Shown here: one piece after another, positions 15,819-24,539 of the stretch
How the letters are laid out: every line of letters begins with the position of its first letter
Position numbering within the stretch: position 1 is the first letter of the stretch
Assembly: GCA_029265435.1 (NCBI GenBank)
Contig: JAJUJH010000003.1
Location: 935-64,934 of the forward strand
Reading direction: 5' to 3'
DNA: 64,000 bases
From: Clostridiales bacterium
GTDB lineage: Bacteria; Bacillota; Clostridia; Christensenellales; SZUA-584
Notes under the pieces: model-generated
The model's input: only the letters and a program-made list of their open reading frames with translations
What the model was told of the DNA's origin: nothing
Databases searched by the model: none
Translations under genes and position numbers: made by a program

Positions 15819-17209
15819 TGTTCGAGCCGCATGTTTACCAGCGATATTGCATAGAGCGAATGATATCTGATCCTGCTTTAGGCCTTTTCCTGGACATGGG
15901 CTTGGGTTGACCAGGCAAAACGGTGATCACGCTGACAGCCGTCAACGACTTGCGGTATAACCGGTTCGCTGTGAGCAAGACACTGATTATCGCGCCAAAA
16001 AAAGTTGCTGAGGGCACATGGTCAAAAGAGGCGGCGAAGTGGGATCACCTGAAGCATCTGCGTATATCTCTGGTGCTGGGCAGCGCCGCGAAGCGGATTC
16101 GAGCGGTCAACACGCTGGCCGATGTGTATGTGATTAACCGGGAGAACGTGTGCTGGCTGGTGGAGTATTTCCGCAACGCCTGGCCATTTGACGTGGTGGT
16201 GGTGGATGAGTCTACCAGCTTCAAATCGCATCAGGCGAAGCGATTCAAGGCGCTGACGTGGGTTCGGGGCTTCATGTCGCGGATCTATATTCTCACTGGC
16301 ACGCCGGCGCCGAACGGGTTGATCGACCTGTGGGCGCAGCTGTACCTGCTGGATCAGGGGCAGAGGCTGGGTAAGAATATCACCGGTTTTCGCGAGCGGT
16401 ATTTTAGCCCGGATCAGCGGAACGCGCAGCAGGTCTTCAGCTATCTGCCGAAGCCGGGCGCAGAGGAGGCCATCCAGCAGCTGATCGGCGATATCTGCAT
16501 CAGCATGAAGGCCGAAGATTACATATCGCTACCGGACATCACTGTAAACGACATACCCGTGGTGCTGGACCCCGCGGCGCGCAAGCAGTATGAGCGGCTG
16601 GAAACGGAGATGCTGCTGCAGGTGGACGAGAGCACCATCGACGCGGGCTCGGCGGCTGTGCTGTCCAGCAAGCTGCTTCAGCTGTGCAACGGCGCGGTGT
16701 ACGACGACGAGGGAGGCGTGGTGGAGATCCACAAGTGCAAGATCGAGGCGTTTATGGAATTGATCGAGCAGCTGAACGGGCAGCCGGCGCTGGTGTTTTA
16801 TAACTTCAAACACGATTTGATAAGGCTTGAAACGACGTTGGCCAGGACCGGCCTGCGTGTCCGGAGACTGAACGGCCCGACGGAGGAAGCGGCATGGAAC
16901 AACCGCGAGATTGACATATTGCTGGCGCATCCGGCGTCGTGTGCGTACGGTCTTAACCTGCAGGACGGTGGCAATCACGTGATATGGTTCGGGCTTAACT
17001 GGAGCCTGGAGCTGTACCAGCAGGCCAACAAGCGGCTGCACAGGCAGGGGCAGGCACAGAAGGTTATCGTGCACCACCTGGTGGTGGAGGGCGGGCGTGA
17101 CGAGGACGTAGTGGCAGCGCTGGCGGACAAGAGCGCGACACAGGACAGATTGATCCAATCACTCAAGGCGAGAATTGAGAAAGTGAAAGAGGCATCAACG
17201 CCAGCGTGA
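15815..17209 (+). CDS. SNF2-family helicase, interrupted by an in-frame TGA (15908-15910) within motif I
   Basis: ATG 15815 gives ...LFLDMGLG*PGKTVITLTA... The same frame continues to 17209, with VVVDESTSFKS (motif II) and a helicase C-domain. The track only shows 15923-17209. Confidence 0.75.
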
Positions 17210-17264
17210 TGGGCGGTCTTGTGAGCGTTTTGAGGATTATAAAGCGTGAGGAAGGAGCAAAACG

Positions 17265-17657
17265 ATGACACAAAGTGAATTGATGGAGCTAATGCGCGTA
17301 GCGCTGCGTGAGTGCAAAGAAATAAGTGCCTGGGAAAAAAGCGATGATTGGTACGCCAAGGACGGCGTGAACTGGAAAGAAGTATGCATGCTGAAAGATA
17401 AGACGATCGCCCTATACGACAAGCGCTGGCAAGAGATCCGCAGCGTGATTGACCTTATCGCCGAAGAACTGAATATCATTAACAAAGGCTTTTATTTGTA
17501 TGCACCAAATGCTGATGATAGGCATCCGATATTGGACGCGATACGCGATCTTATATCAAGGAGCGGAGATAAAACAGAATTGAAAAAACGGATTAGCCAG
17601 TTGGAAAGCGAAAATGCAGTGCTACGATCACTTGTCGGAAAAGGAGCAGAGCGATGA
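17265..17657 (+). CDS. Hypothetical protein
   Basis: 130-aa ORF with RBS GGAAGGAG. No recognisable motif. Confidence 0.5.
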   Translation: MTQSELMELMRVALRECKEISAWEKSDDWYAKDGVNWKEVCMLKDKTIALYDKRWQEIRSVIDLIAEELNIINKGFYLYAPNADDRHPILDAIRDLISRSGDKTELKKRISQLESENAVLRSLVGKGAER

Positions 17658-17893
17658 ACGCTAAACAAATTTTGGATGGAATTGAACAATTAGAAAAGCA
17701 CACCACAGAGCAAGTACAGAACTGGGCGGCAATCAGGCAAAGACAAAACAATAGCAAGGAACAGGACATGGTTGCTACTGCGGTATGGGAAGTGTATAGA
17801 GATATGGCAATTAGGATTGCAGATTTGGGAGAACTGGCTGAAAAAATTACAAACATGCAAGAGAGCGTGGAGAATCATGAATCGGAAATTTAG
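17654..17893 (+). CDS. Hypothetical protein
   Basis: Coupled ATGA overlap with the upstream ORF. Confidence 0.5.
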   Translation: MNAKQILDGIEQLEKHTTEQVQNWAAIRQRQNNSKEQDMVATAVWEVYRDMAIRIADLGELAEKITNMQESVENHESEI

Positions 17894-18077
17894 GTTGTTG
17901 CGTGACGATATTGGCTGTTGCATATGCGAGGATTGCAAAGAGTACAGCACCGTCTCCAAGATATGCCGTCTTGGAAAGAAATGCGCGGATGAGCCGGATA
18001 GCTGTACCGAGTTTAAATGCGCCTATGGGGTGATAGGCGACGCAAGAATGACGGAGGAATATGAAAATGACGTTTGA
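17877..18077 (+). CDS. Cys-rich small protein
   Basis: ATG 17877 after GGAGA. CCICEDC...C....C.....C...C pattern. The track ORF starts earlier at 17772 inside the previous gene. Confidence 0.45.
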   Translation: MNRKFRLLRDDIGCCICEDCKEYSTVSKICRLGKKCADEPDSCTEFKCAYGVIGDARMTEEYENDV

Positions 18078-18453
18078 ACAAGCTATTGAGCAATTAAAGG
18101 ATTTGCGCAGAGACAGGGAATCGTTCCTAAAGAGCAGTCATGACGAGGTGTGGCAGGACGATATCGACGCGCTTGATGTGGCGATTCGTACGCTGGATAC
18201 AGCGTTAAAAAGCCAATATATCTCTCTTCCGTGCGCTGTTGGCGACAAAGTATGGCACATCAGCGACGGTGACATACACTATGGCGTTGCCGAATGGTTT
18301 GACATGGATAAGGACAAGCAATGGTGCGTTACCGTTATAAACCCGCCGAAGGAGTTTAACTTTATACGCTTCGAAGACTTCGGCAGCACCGCATTTCTCA
18401 CCCGCGAAGAAGCGGAGGCAAAAATTAAAGGAGAAAGCAGAAATGAGCATTGA
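18061..18453 (+). CDS. Hypothetical protein
   Basis: 130-aa ORF. ATG 18067 has better spacing from GGAGGA. Confidence 0.5.
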   Translation: MKMTFEQAIEQLKDLRRDRESFLKSSHDEVWQDDIDALDVAIRTLDTALKSQYISLPCAVGDKVWHISDGDIHYGVAEWFDMDKDKQWCVTVINPPKEFNFIRFEDFGSTAFLTREEAEAKIKGESRNEH

Positions 18454-18649
18454 ATGTAAAGCCGAATATGGCGGCATGTATGGCAATATGGTGTTTGTTC
18501 CGGTATGCGATGTCTGCGGCGCCGAATTGCCAGTCGAATACGATTTCATGGATGCGGTAAGGGCGACGGAAGAGGCTGGATGGAAAAGCCGGATAGTGGA
18601 TAACGAATGGAGAGACATATGCGTCGATTGCCAGGAGGATGAAAGATGA
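18443..18649 (+). CDS. Small zinc-ribbon-like protein
   Basis: CDVCG ... CVDC pairs. Confidence 0.45.
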   Translation: MSIECKAEYGGMYGNMVFVPVCDVCGAELPVEYDFMDAVRATEEAGWKSRIVDNEWRDICVDCQEDER

Positions 18650-18987
18650 GTAACGTTAGAAACGCGCAAATTACCGGCACGTTTTTGGGGCGCGATGGTC
18701 ACGGCATCATGACATTATACTTGACGCTAAGCTTTGACGGCTTCGGCTGTTCGTACGGTGGTTATTCGCTTGACGGGTACGATAAGGTCACGAAAAAACG
18801 TGTCTGTTCACACCTTGGAATGCAATCCGTCTGTGAAATACTCGATACCGTCGGCGTGGATAATTGGGAAGGACTCAGAGGCCAATATGTTCGCGTCGAG
18901 TTTTCCTGCGGGGCGGTGACGCGAATCGGGCATTTGATAAAGGACAGGTGGTTCTCTCTTAAAGAGTTTTTCTCTCAGGAGGCGTAG
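18646..18987 (+). CDS. Hypothetical protein
   Basis: 113-aa ORF coupled to its neighbours. Confidence 0.5.
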   Translation: MSNVRNAQITGTFLGRDGHGIMTLYLTLSFDGFGCSYGGYSLDGYDKVTKKRVCSHLGMQSVCEILDTVGVDNWEGLRGQYVRVEFSCGAVTRIGHLIKDRWFSLKEFFSQEA

Positions 18988-18988
18988 G

Positions 18989-19294
18989 ATGAAAAAGAGA
19001 AAACCGGTTCGAGTCCGTAACAAGGTCAACATGCTCGCACGGTCAAGAAAAATTTTGCTTGTATCCGATATTGAGGGATATGGATCCAAAGATAAAACGC
19101 TGACGGGTTTTGCCGCGCTGTTTAATCTTGACGCGGAGTGGCTTGCCGGGCAGGTCGAACAGATGAAGCAATCCGGCGAATGGGAGGATATCCTTGAAAC
19201 CGTCCGTGCTCACCGGAGCGAGCTGCCGGCAGATTACCGTGCACAGAGATATGAGCAGATGTTGAAATTTAAAAAAGTTGAAGGGGGTGTATAA
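18989..19294 (+). CDS. Hypothetical protein
   Basis: 101-aa ORF with RBS AGGAGG upstream. Confidence 0.5.
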   Translation: MKKRKPVRVRNKVNMLARSRKILLVSDIEGYGSKDKTLTGFAALFNLDAEWLAGQVEQMKQSGEWEDILETVRAHRSELPADYRAQRYEQMLKFKKVEGGV

Positions 19295-19296
19295 TC

Positions 19297-19500
19297 TTGA
19301 CCGCGAAAGAAGAGCTGAAGGAAATAAGGAAAATTGATAATCTGATCAGCCAGATGATTGAAACGGCGTCGAAACTAAGATCCAATGTTGAAAGCATTAC
19401 TCCGCAATTATGGAAAGACAAGGTCCGGACGGTACCTGCGGGGGGGGGATTTATCTTAGAAAAAAATGAGGTATCAGGGGAATGCGGAAAAACCATGTGA
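19297..19500 (+). CDS. Hypothetical coiled-coil protein (TTG start) containing a G9 tract
   Basis: MTAKEELKEIRKIDNLISQMIETASKLRS... G9 at 19440-19448 encodes the GGG in ...VPAGGGF... Confidence 0.4.
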   Translation: MTAKEELKEIRKIDNLISQMIETASKLRSNVESITPQLWKDKVRTVPAGGGFILEKNEVSGECGKTM

Positions 19501-19931
19501 GGGATTATGCAACAGATGCGTTTCGGTTTTATGCTGCAAACGGCCCGAGCGAAGCGTATATCGAGAAAATAAAGAACGAGGCCATAGAGGCCCAACATAG
19601 AGCTGAAGGACGCAGCGGCATCTCCAACCCAACAGAGGCGGCGGTGCGGCGGGGACAGGAAGCGATCGACGCGGCGGCGGCGGAGATAAATGATCTCATC
19701 GCCGTTGAACAGACCATTACATTAATCGAATCAATGAAGTCAGGCAACGACATAATGAAAGCACTGCGAATGATATATATGGCGGAACCGGAAAAGGATC
19801 TGGAAAAGGGAGAGATCACGGAAAGAGTCCATCATGCAGAGATATTTATTCCGGCTAGCGAGCGCAGTATTTACGGGTGGCTGTCGATGGCGCGCAGCAT
19901 TTTCGCAAAAGCCAGAGGGCTGAGATTATAA
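19482..19931 (+). CDS. Putative late-gene transcriptional regulator (sigma region-4-like HTH)
   Basis: The C-terminal ERSIYGWLSMARSIFAKARGL resembles a sigma-70 region 4/RinA-ArpU-type HTH. Sits just upstream of the packaging genes. Confidence 0.4.
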   Translation: MRKNHVRDYATDAFRFYAANGPSEAYIEKIKNEAIEAQHRAEGRSGISNPTEAAVRRGQEAIDAAAAEINDLIAVEQTITLIESMKSGNDIMKALRMIYMAEPEKDLEKGEITERVHHAEIFIPASERSIYGWLSMARSIFAKARGLRL

Positions 19932-19954
19932 TTATTTTCTCAAAAGTTTGCAGT

Positions 19955-19980
19955 AGTAGGTTCAAAGTAGGTGTTATACT
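19955..19980 (+). promoter_or_regulatory. Candidate activator-dependent late promoter
   Basis: Extended -10 TGtTATACT (19972-19980) with no -35 hexamer. AGTAGGT direct repeats at 19955 and 19966 (11-bp register). Confidence 0.4.
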
Positions 19981-20027
19981 ATATATAGTTCCGAGTAGTG
20001 GGTGAGGGACACGAGAGGGACACAAGA

Positions 20028-20050
20028 GCATCGCACGGCGGTGCTTTTTT
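20028..20050 (+). terminator. Promoter-proximal hairpin plus T6
   Basis: GCATCGC/GCGGTGC 7-bp stem (one G:U), 3-nt loop, TTTTTT. Lies between the candidate late promoter and the first late RBS. Confidence 0.4.
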
Positions 20051-20066
20051 GTTTAGGAGAGAAGCC

Positions 20067-20246
20067 ATGAATAATAAGAATCGCAAAGCGCTTATGAAGT
20101 TATTAACAGAAGAACAAGTTGAATTTGTGCGGCGGAACAGCAAGTGCTATCGATGCTGCTGGGGCAGATGGTGCGGCGGTTTAAAATATACATGCTTGCG
20201 GGCGGGTTGCGCGAAAGAACCCGCACGAGGTGGAACACTCAGTTAG
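20067..20246 (+). CDS. Small Cys-rich protein
   Basis: ATG 20067 after AGGAGA. CYRCCWGRWCGG...C....C. Confidence 0.4.
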   Translation: MNNKNRKALMKLLTEEQVEFVRRNSKCYRCCWGRWCGGLKYTCLRAGCAKEPARGGTLS

Positions 20247-20283
20247 ACCTGACTGTTATTTATTTGGGCGGGGAGATACGTGA

Positions 20284-20520
20284 ATGCCAGACAACAAACA
20301 TTATCAGCGCGGTAAGCATCGGCGTTGGCGAGAAAAGGTATTGCGGAGAGATAAATACGTATGTACGGAATGTCTGAGGTTTGGGCGCAAGACACCGGCG
20401 ACACACGCACATCATATCAAACCCGTAGAGACACATCCAGAACTGGCATATGATCTCGACAACGGACGCTCGCTCTGTGGCGCGTGCCACAACAAGCTTG
20501 AGCCAAGATCAAAACCGTGA
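20284..20520 (+). CDS. HNH endonuclease (terminase-associated type)
   Basis: C..C...HAHHIKP...N...LC..CHN. Positioned immediately before terS, as in HNH-dependent cos phages. Confidence 0.85.
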   Translation: MPDNKHYQRGKHRRWREKVLRRDKYVCTECLRFGRKTPATHAHHIKPVETHPELAYDLDNGRSLCGACHNKLEPRSKP

Positions 20521-20625
20521 ACACCCCCCCGGTCTGAAGAATTTTTCGTGGGGAGAATTCAACCGGAGAGGGGCACCTTTTCCCTCTCCAGCGAGATTTC
20601 AAAAAAAATATGAGGAGGCGAGAAC

Positions 20626-20979
20626 ATGCCGAAAAAGCGGCCGTTACGCTTGGTCGTGCGAGATGACATGATCTCGCTCGGCGTATACAAGCCAGAGTTT
20701 GACCCGATTATAAGGATATATTGCCAGCTGCGCGAACAGTACGACGAGCTGACGCGACGATTTGAAGAGTCGGATTACGACTTTGCAGAGGAGACGCAGA
20801 CAGGTACCAAAAAAGCGCCCATAGTGACTACGCTCGAATCGCTGCGAAAGGATATACTGGCGTATGCTGCTCAGCTCGGGCTGACCGTACAGGGCCTGCA
20901 GAAAATTAATCCTGCCGAGCTAAAGCCGAAGAAGAAAAAGACCGGGCTTGAGGCCGCGCTGGATAAGTTGGAAAAATGA
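20626..20979 (+). CDS. terS: Terminase small subunit (P27 family)
   Basis: Size, position and the Y...YCQLREQYDEL... / LRKDILAYAAQLGLT pattern typical of P27-family terS. Confidence 0.75.
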   Translation: MPKKRPLRLVVRDDMISLGVYKPEFDPIIRIYCQLREQYDELTRRFEESDYDFAEETQTGTKKAPIVTTLESLRKDILAYAAQLGLTVQGLQKINPAELKPKKKKTGLEAALDKLEK

Positions 20980-22772
20980 AAGGCAAATACGCCGAAGAAG
21001 TGCTGGCCTATGCGCAGGGCGTTGTTGACGGATCCATCGTAGCGGAGCATTACAGGATACAAGCGTGCAAGCGGTTTCTGAAGGATATCGAATCGGGCAA
21101 ATGGGACATCAGGACAAAGGATGCTGATTTTGTAATCGGCATTATCGAACAGACGTTCAAACATCGGCAGGGCGAACGCATAGACGGAACGCCGCTGAGA
21201 GGAAAACCGCTGAAGCTCGAGCCGTGGCAAAAGTTCTGCATATACGGCATACTGATTTTTTTTAAAAAGGGCACGAATGAACGCCGCATCAAAGAGGCGT
21301 TCATTTTTATTCCGCGGAAAAACGGCAAGACGCTGTTTGTTGCGGCGCTGGCTTGGGCGCTTGCGATTCTGCAGCGCACCAGCGCGTCAAAGGTCTATGT
21401 TGTCGCCTACGTGCTCAAGCAGGCGATGGAGACGTACGACAGTTGGCAGTACAATCTGACCTCAGTGCTGTACGACAGTAAACAGGCCGCCCAAGCTGAC
21501 GGATGGCGGATCCTCGATAACAACATGCAGCACAGCATCTCGCACGACAGTATAGATGGCGGAGCGATACATCTTGAGGCACTGGCCGGCAACCCTGAAG
21601 CGCAGGATTCGTTTAACGCGAACATTGTTATTGCGGACGAGCTTGAGGTTTATAAGTCGCCGGAGCAGTATAACAAGCTCAAGGACGCGACGAAGGCGTA
21701 CACAAACAAATTGGTCATCGGCATAACGACGGCGGGGGATAACATCACGGGTTTCTGCTACCAGCGGTTGAAATACTGCATGAAAGTGATGGACGGTCTC
21801 ACGGAGGACGACCAGTATTTTATCTTCATCTGTAAAGCGCCGGAGGATGAGAAGGGCAATGTGGATTTTCTGGACGAGAAAGTTCACCAGATGGCAAATC
21901 CGTCCTATGGCGTGACGATACGGCCGGCCGACATCATGAACGATGCACAGCAAGCGCTTAACGACCCGCAGCAGCGGAAGAACTTCCTGACGCGCAGCCT
22001 GAACGTGTTTACCTCATCGATGAAAGCGTACTTTGACCTTAAGGAGTTCCAGCGGTCAGATGCGGCTTGCGCAAAAACGTTGAGTATGCCCGAAAAGCCA
22101 GATAACCCGCGCGACCGCAAGAAATGGCTTGCCGCAGCGCTCAAGTATCTGTCCGGACTAAAGATAAACTGGTACGGCGGTGCGGACCTGTCGAAAATGC
22201 ACGACCTCACGGCCGGCGCTCTTTATGGATCGTACAAGGATATTGACATCATCGTGTCGCATTGCTGGTTCCCGATTGTGGCGGCTACGGCAAAAGCGAA
22301 CGAGGACGGCATACCGCTGTTTGGCTGGCAGGATGACGGTTGGCTTACGATGAGCAACAACCCGACAGTGAACCATGCCGAAGTGGTGCAGTGGTTTAAA
22401 AATATGCGGGCGATGGGTTTCAAGATACGGCAGGTTGGCCACGACCGCAAGTTCTGCCGCGAGTATTATATCGGCATGAAAAATGCCGGATTTTCTGTTG
22501 TAGACCAGCCGCAGTATTTTTACAAAAAGTCAGAGGGTTTCCGGCGCATCGAGCAAAAAGCGAAGGACGGCAAGTTATACTACATCGGGTCGGAAGCGTT
22601 TGAATATTGCGTAGCGAATATCCGGGCGATCGAGAAAACCGACGACATGGTACAGTACGAGAAGGTGGAGTCGGAGCACCGCATCGATGTTTTTGACGCG
22701 GCGGTATTTGCGTGCGTCCGGATGCTGGAGAGCCTTGAAAGGTCAGAAAAAGCGAAAGGATGGCTTGAATGA
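20976..22772 (+). CDS. terL: Terminase large subunit
   Basis: 598 aa. Walker A-like IPRKNGKT, ADELEV (Walker B) and a C-terminal nuclease domain. Confidence 0.9.
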   Translation: MKGKYAEEVLAYAQGVVDGSIVAEHYRIQACKRFLKDIESGKWDIRTKDADFVIGIIEQTFKHRQGERIDGTPLRGKPLKLEPWQKFCIYGILIFFKKGTNERRIKEAFIFIPRKNGKTLFVAALAWALAILQRTSASKVYVVAYVLKQAMETYDSWQYNLTSVLYDSKQAAQADGWRILDNNMQHSISHDSIDGGAIHLEALAGNPEAQDSFNANIVIADELEVYKSPEQYNKLKDATKAYTNKLVIGITTAGDNITGFCYQRLKYCMKVMDGLTEDDQYFIFICKAPEDEKGNVDFLDEKVHQMANPSYGVTIRPADIMNDAQQALNDPQQRKNFLTRSLNVFTSSMKAYFDLKEFQRSDAACAKTLSMPEKPDNPRDRKKWLAAALKYLSGLKINWYGGADLSKMHDLTAGALYGSYKDIDIIVSHCWFPIVAATAKANEDGIPLFGWQDDGWLTMSNNPTVNHAEVVQWFKNMRAMGFKIRQVGHDRKFCREYYIGMKNAGFSVVDQPQYFYKKSEGFRRIEQKAKDGKLYYIGSEAFEYCVANIRAIEKTDDMVQYEKVESEHRIDVFDAAVFACVRMLESLERSEKAKGWLE

Positions 22773-23971
22773 AGAAAAAGCGTAAAAGCAAAAACACATC
22801 GTCACGGTCGCCGACAGTACGGTCAACCGAGGCCGTATCTTGGCTGTGCTCACCTAGTGCATGGAACATCATGATTGGCGACGGATATATGCCGCTCTCG
22901 CAGTGCCCGGAGGTGCGGATGTGCGTCAATGTCTATGCGGAACTTATCAGCAGCATGACGTTACACTTGATGCAGAATACCGCCGCCGGCGACGTGCGAG
23001 TGCGTAACGAACTGGCCAAAAAGCTGGACATAAGTCCGCACCCACTGATGACCCGAAAGACTTGGATGTATAATATCGTCTGGACAATGATGCTCGCGGG
23101 AGAAGGCAACCAGGTGACGTATCCGGTTTACACGCCCGATGGTTTTCTGGACAGGCTTGAGCCGCTTAAACCGTCAAGGGTAGCTTTCCAAGAGACGACA
23201 GACGGGTACATTATCCGTTATGGTGACAAGTCATTTCGCCCGGATGAAGTGCTGCATTTTGTTATTAATCCGGATCCCGAGCGACCGTGGATTGGCACGG
23301 GATTCAAGGCGGTTTTGCGGGATGTGGTCAAGGGGCTGCGACAGGCTGGAGTTACAAAGCAAAAGCTTATGGAGAGCCCGGCGCCGTCGATCATCATTAA
23401 GGTGGATGGCTTGACAGAAGAGTTCGCTAGTGCGGAAGGGCGAAAGAAACTGCGAGCCACATACTTGGACAGCAGTGAGAATGGAGAGCCGTGGTTCATA
23501 CCGGCTGAAGCGTTTGATGTGACAACAGTTAAGCCGCTGACGCTCAACGATCTGGCTATAAAATCAAACATGGAGATTGACAAGAGGACGGTTGCCGGAA
23601 TATTCGGGATACCGCCCTTTTTGGTTGGCGTCGGTGAGTTTAACACAGACGAGTATAACAACTTTGTGTCGTCATGCATCATGCCGAAAGCACAAGCAAT
23701 TCAGCAGGAATTGACGCGGAAACTTCTCATATCACCAGATTGGTACTGGCGTTTTAATCCGCGCAGTTTGTACAGCTACGCTCTATCAGACGTCATAGCA
23801 GCCGGTCAGGCTATGGTTGAACGTGCCGCTATGACGCGTAACGAGTGGCGCGACTGGGTGGGAATGGGGCCGCGTGAGGACATGGAAGACGTTATCGTGC
23901 TCGAAAATTACTTGCCTGTTGATAGGCTGGGGGATCAGAAAAAGCTGACAGGAGGTGAAACAGATGGATAG
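22769..23971 (+). CDS. Portal protein (HK97 family)
   Basis: 400 aa directly after terL. GIPPFLVG... motif typical of HK97-type portals. Confidence 0.85.
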   Translation: MKKKRKSKNTSSRSPTVRSTEAVSWLCSPSAWNIMIGDGYMPLSQCPEVRMCVNVYAELISSMTLHLMQNTAAGDVRVRNELAKKLDISPHPLMTRKTWMYNIVWTMMLAGEGNQVTYPVYTPDGFLDRLEPLKPSRVAFQETTDGYIIRYGDKSFRPDEVLHFVINPDPERPWIGTGFKAVLRDVVKGLRQAGVTKQKLMESPAPSIIIKVDGLTEEFASAEGRKKLRATYLDSSENGEPWFIPAEAFDVTTVKPLTLNDLAIKSNMEIDKRTVAGIFGIPPFLVGVGEFNTDEYNNFVSSCIMPKAQAIQQELTRKLLISPDWYWRFNPRSLYSYALSDVIAAGQAMVERAAMTRNEWRDWVGMGPREDMEDVIVLENYLPVDRLGDQKKLTGGETDG

Positions 23972-24539
23972 GACGGCCAGACAAATGCGATGCGCGCCAA
24001 CACAGTTCCGCGCGGCGGAAACGGAAGGCGCCAAATATATTGAAGGATATTTTGCCGTGTTTGGCGGTGTGTACGAGCTGTGGCCGGGCGCGACTGAGAG
24101 CGTTGATCCGCACGCGTTTGACGACACGCTGAGCGATGACATCCGGGCTCTCACGAATCATGATACGACGTTGGTTCTTGGGCGCACAAAGGCCGGAACG
24201 CTGGAGCTCAGGGTAGATAATCGCGGATTATGGGGACGCGCCAAAGTAAACCAGGCAGACGCGGACGCGATGAATCTTTATGCCAGGATCGAGCGTGGCG
24301 ACGTAGACCAGTGCTCTTTCGGGTTTGACATTCTGGATGAAGAAACAGAATGGCACGAAGACGGAACAGTCCACTGGACGATCAAGAGAGTTAAGCTCTA
24401 CGAGGTGTCGGTTGTAACGTTCCCGGCATACGAGGACACGTCCGTAAACGCCCGCAAAAAGGACTATGAGCAGTTGAGACAGCGCCAGAATAAGGCGTGG
24501 AAAGAAAAAATGAAGGAGAGGATGAAACAGTGGCACTAA
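23955..24539 (+). CDS. Prohead maturation protease (HK97/S78 family)
   Basis: IEGYFAVFG, LTNHD, LGR and EVSVVTFPAY motifs. Lies between portal and capsid. Confidence 0.85.
   Translation: MKQMDRTARQMRCAPTQFRAAETEGAKYIEGYFAVFGGVYELWPGATESVDPHAFDDTLSDDIRALTNHDTTLVLGRTKAGTLELRVDNRGLWGRAKVNQADADAMNLYARIERGDVDQCSFGFDILDEETEWHEDGTVHWTIKRVKLYEVSVVTFPAYEDTSVNARKKDYEQLRQRQNKAWKEKMKERMKQWH

Noticed and set aside
15908-15910. Genome-wide or phage-wide TGA reassignment (Trp/Gly) as the explanation for the in-frame stop in the SNF2 gene.
   Set aside because: Many well-defined neighbouring genes end on TGA at positions matching expected protein lengths. Examples are the VRR-NUC stop at 15355-15357, the HNH stop at 15816-15818, the stop at 20518-20520 and the terL stop. 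TGA therefore functions as a stop here.
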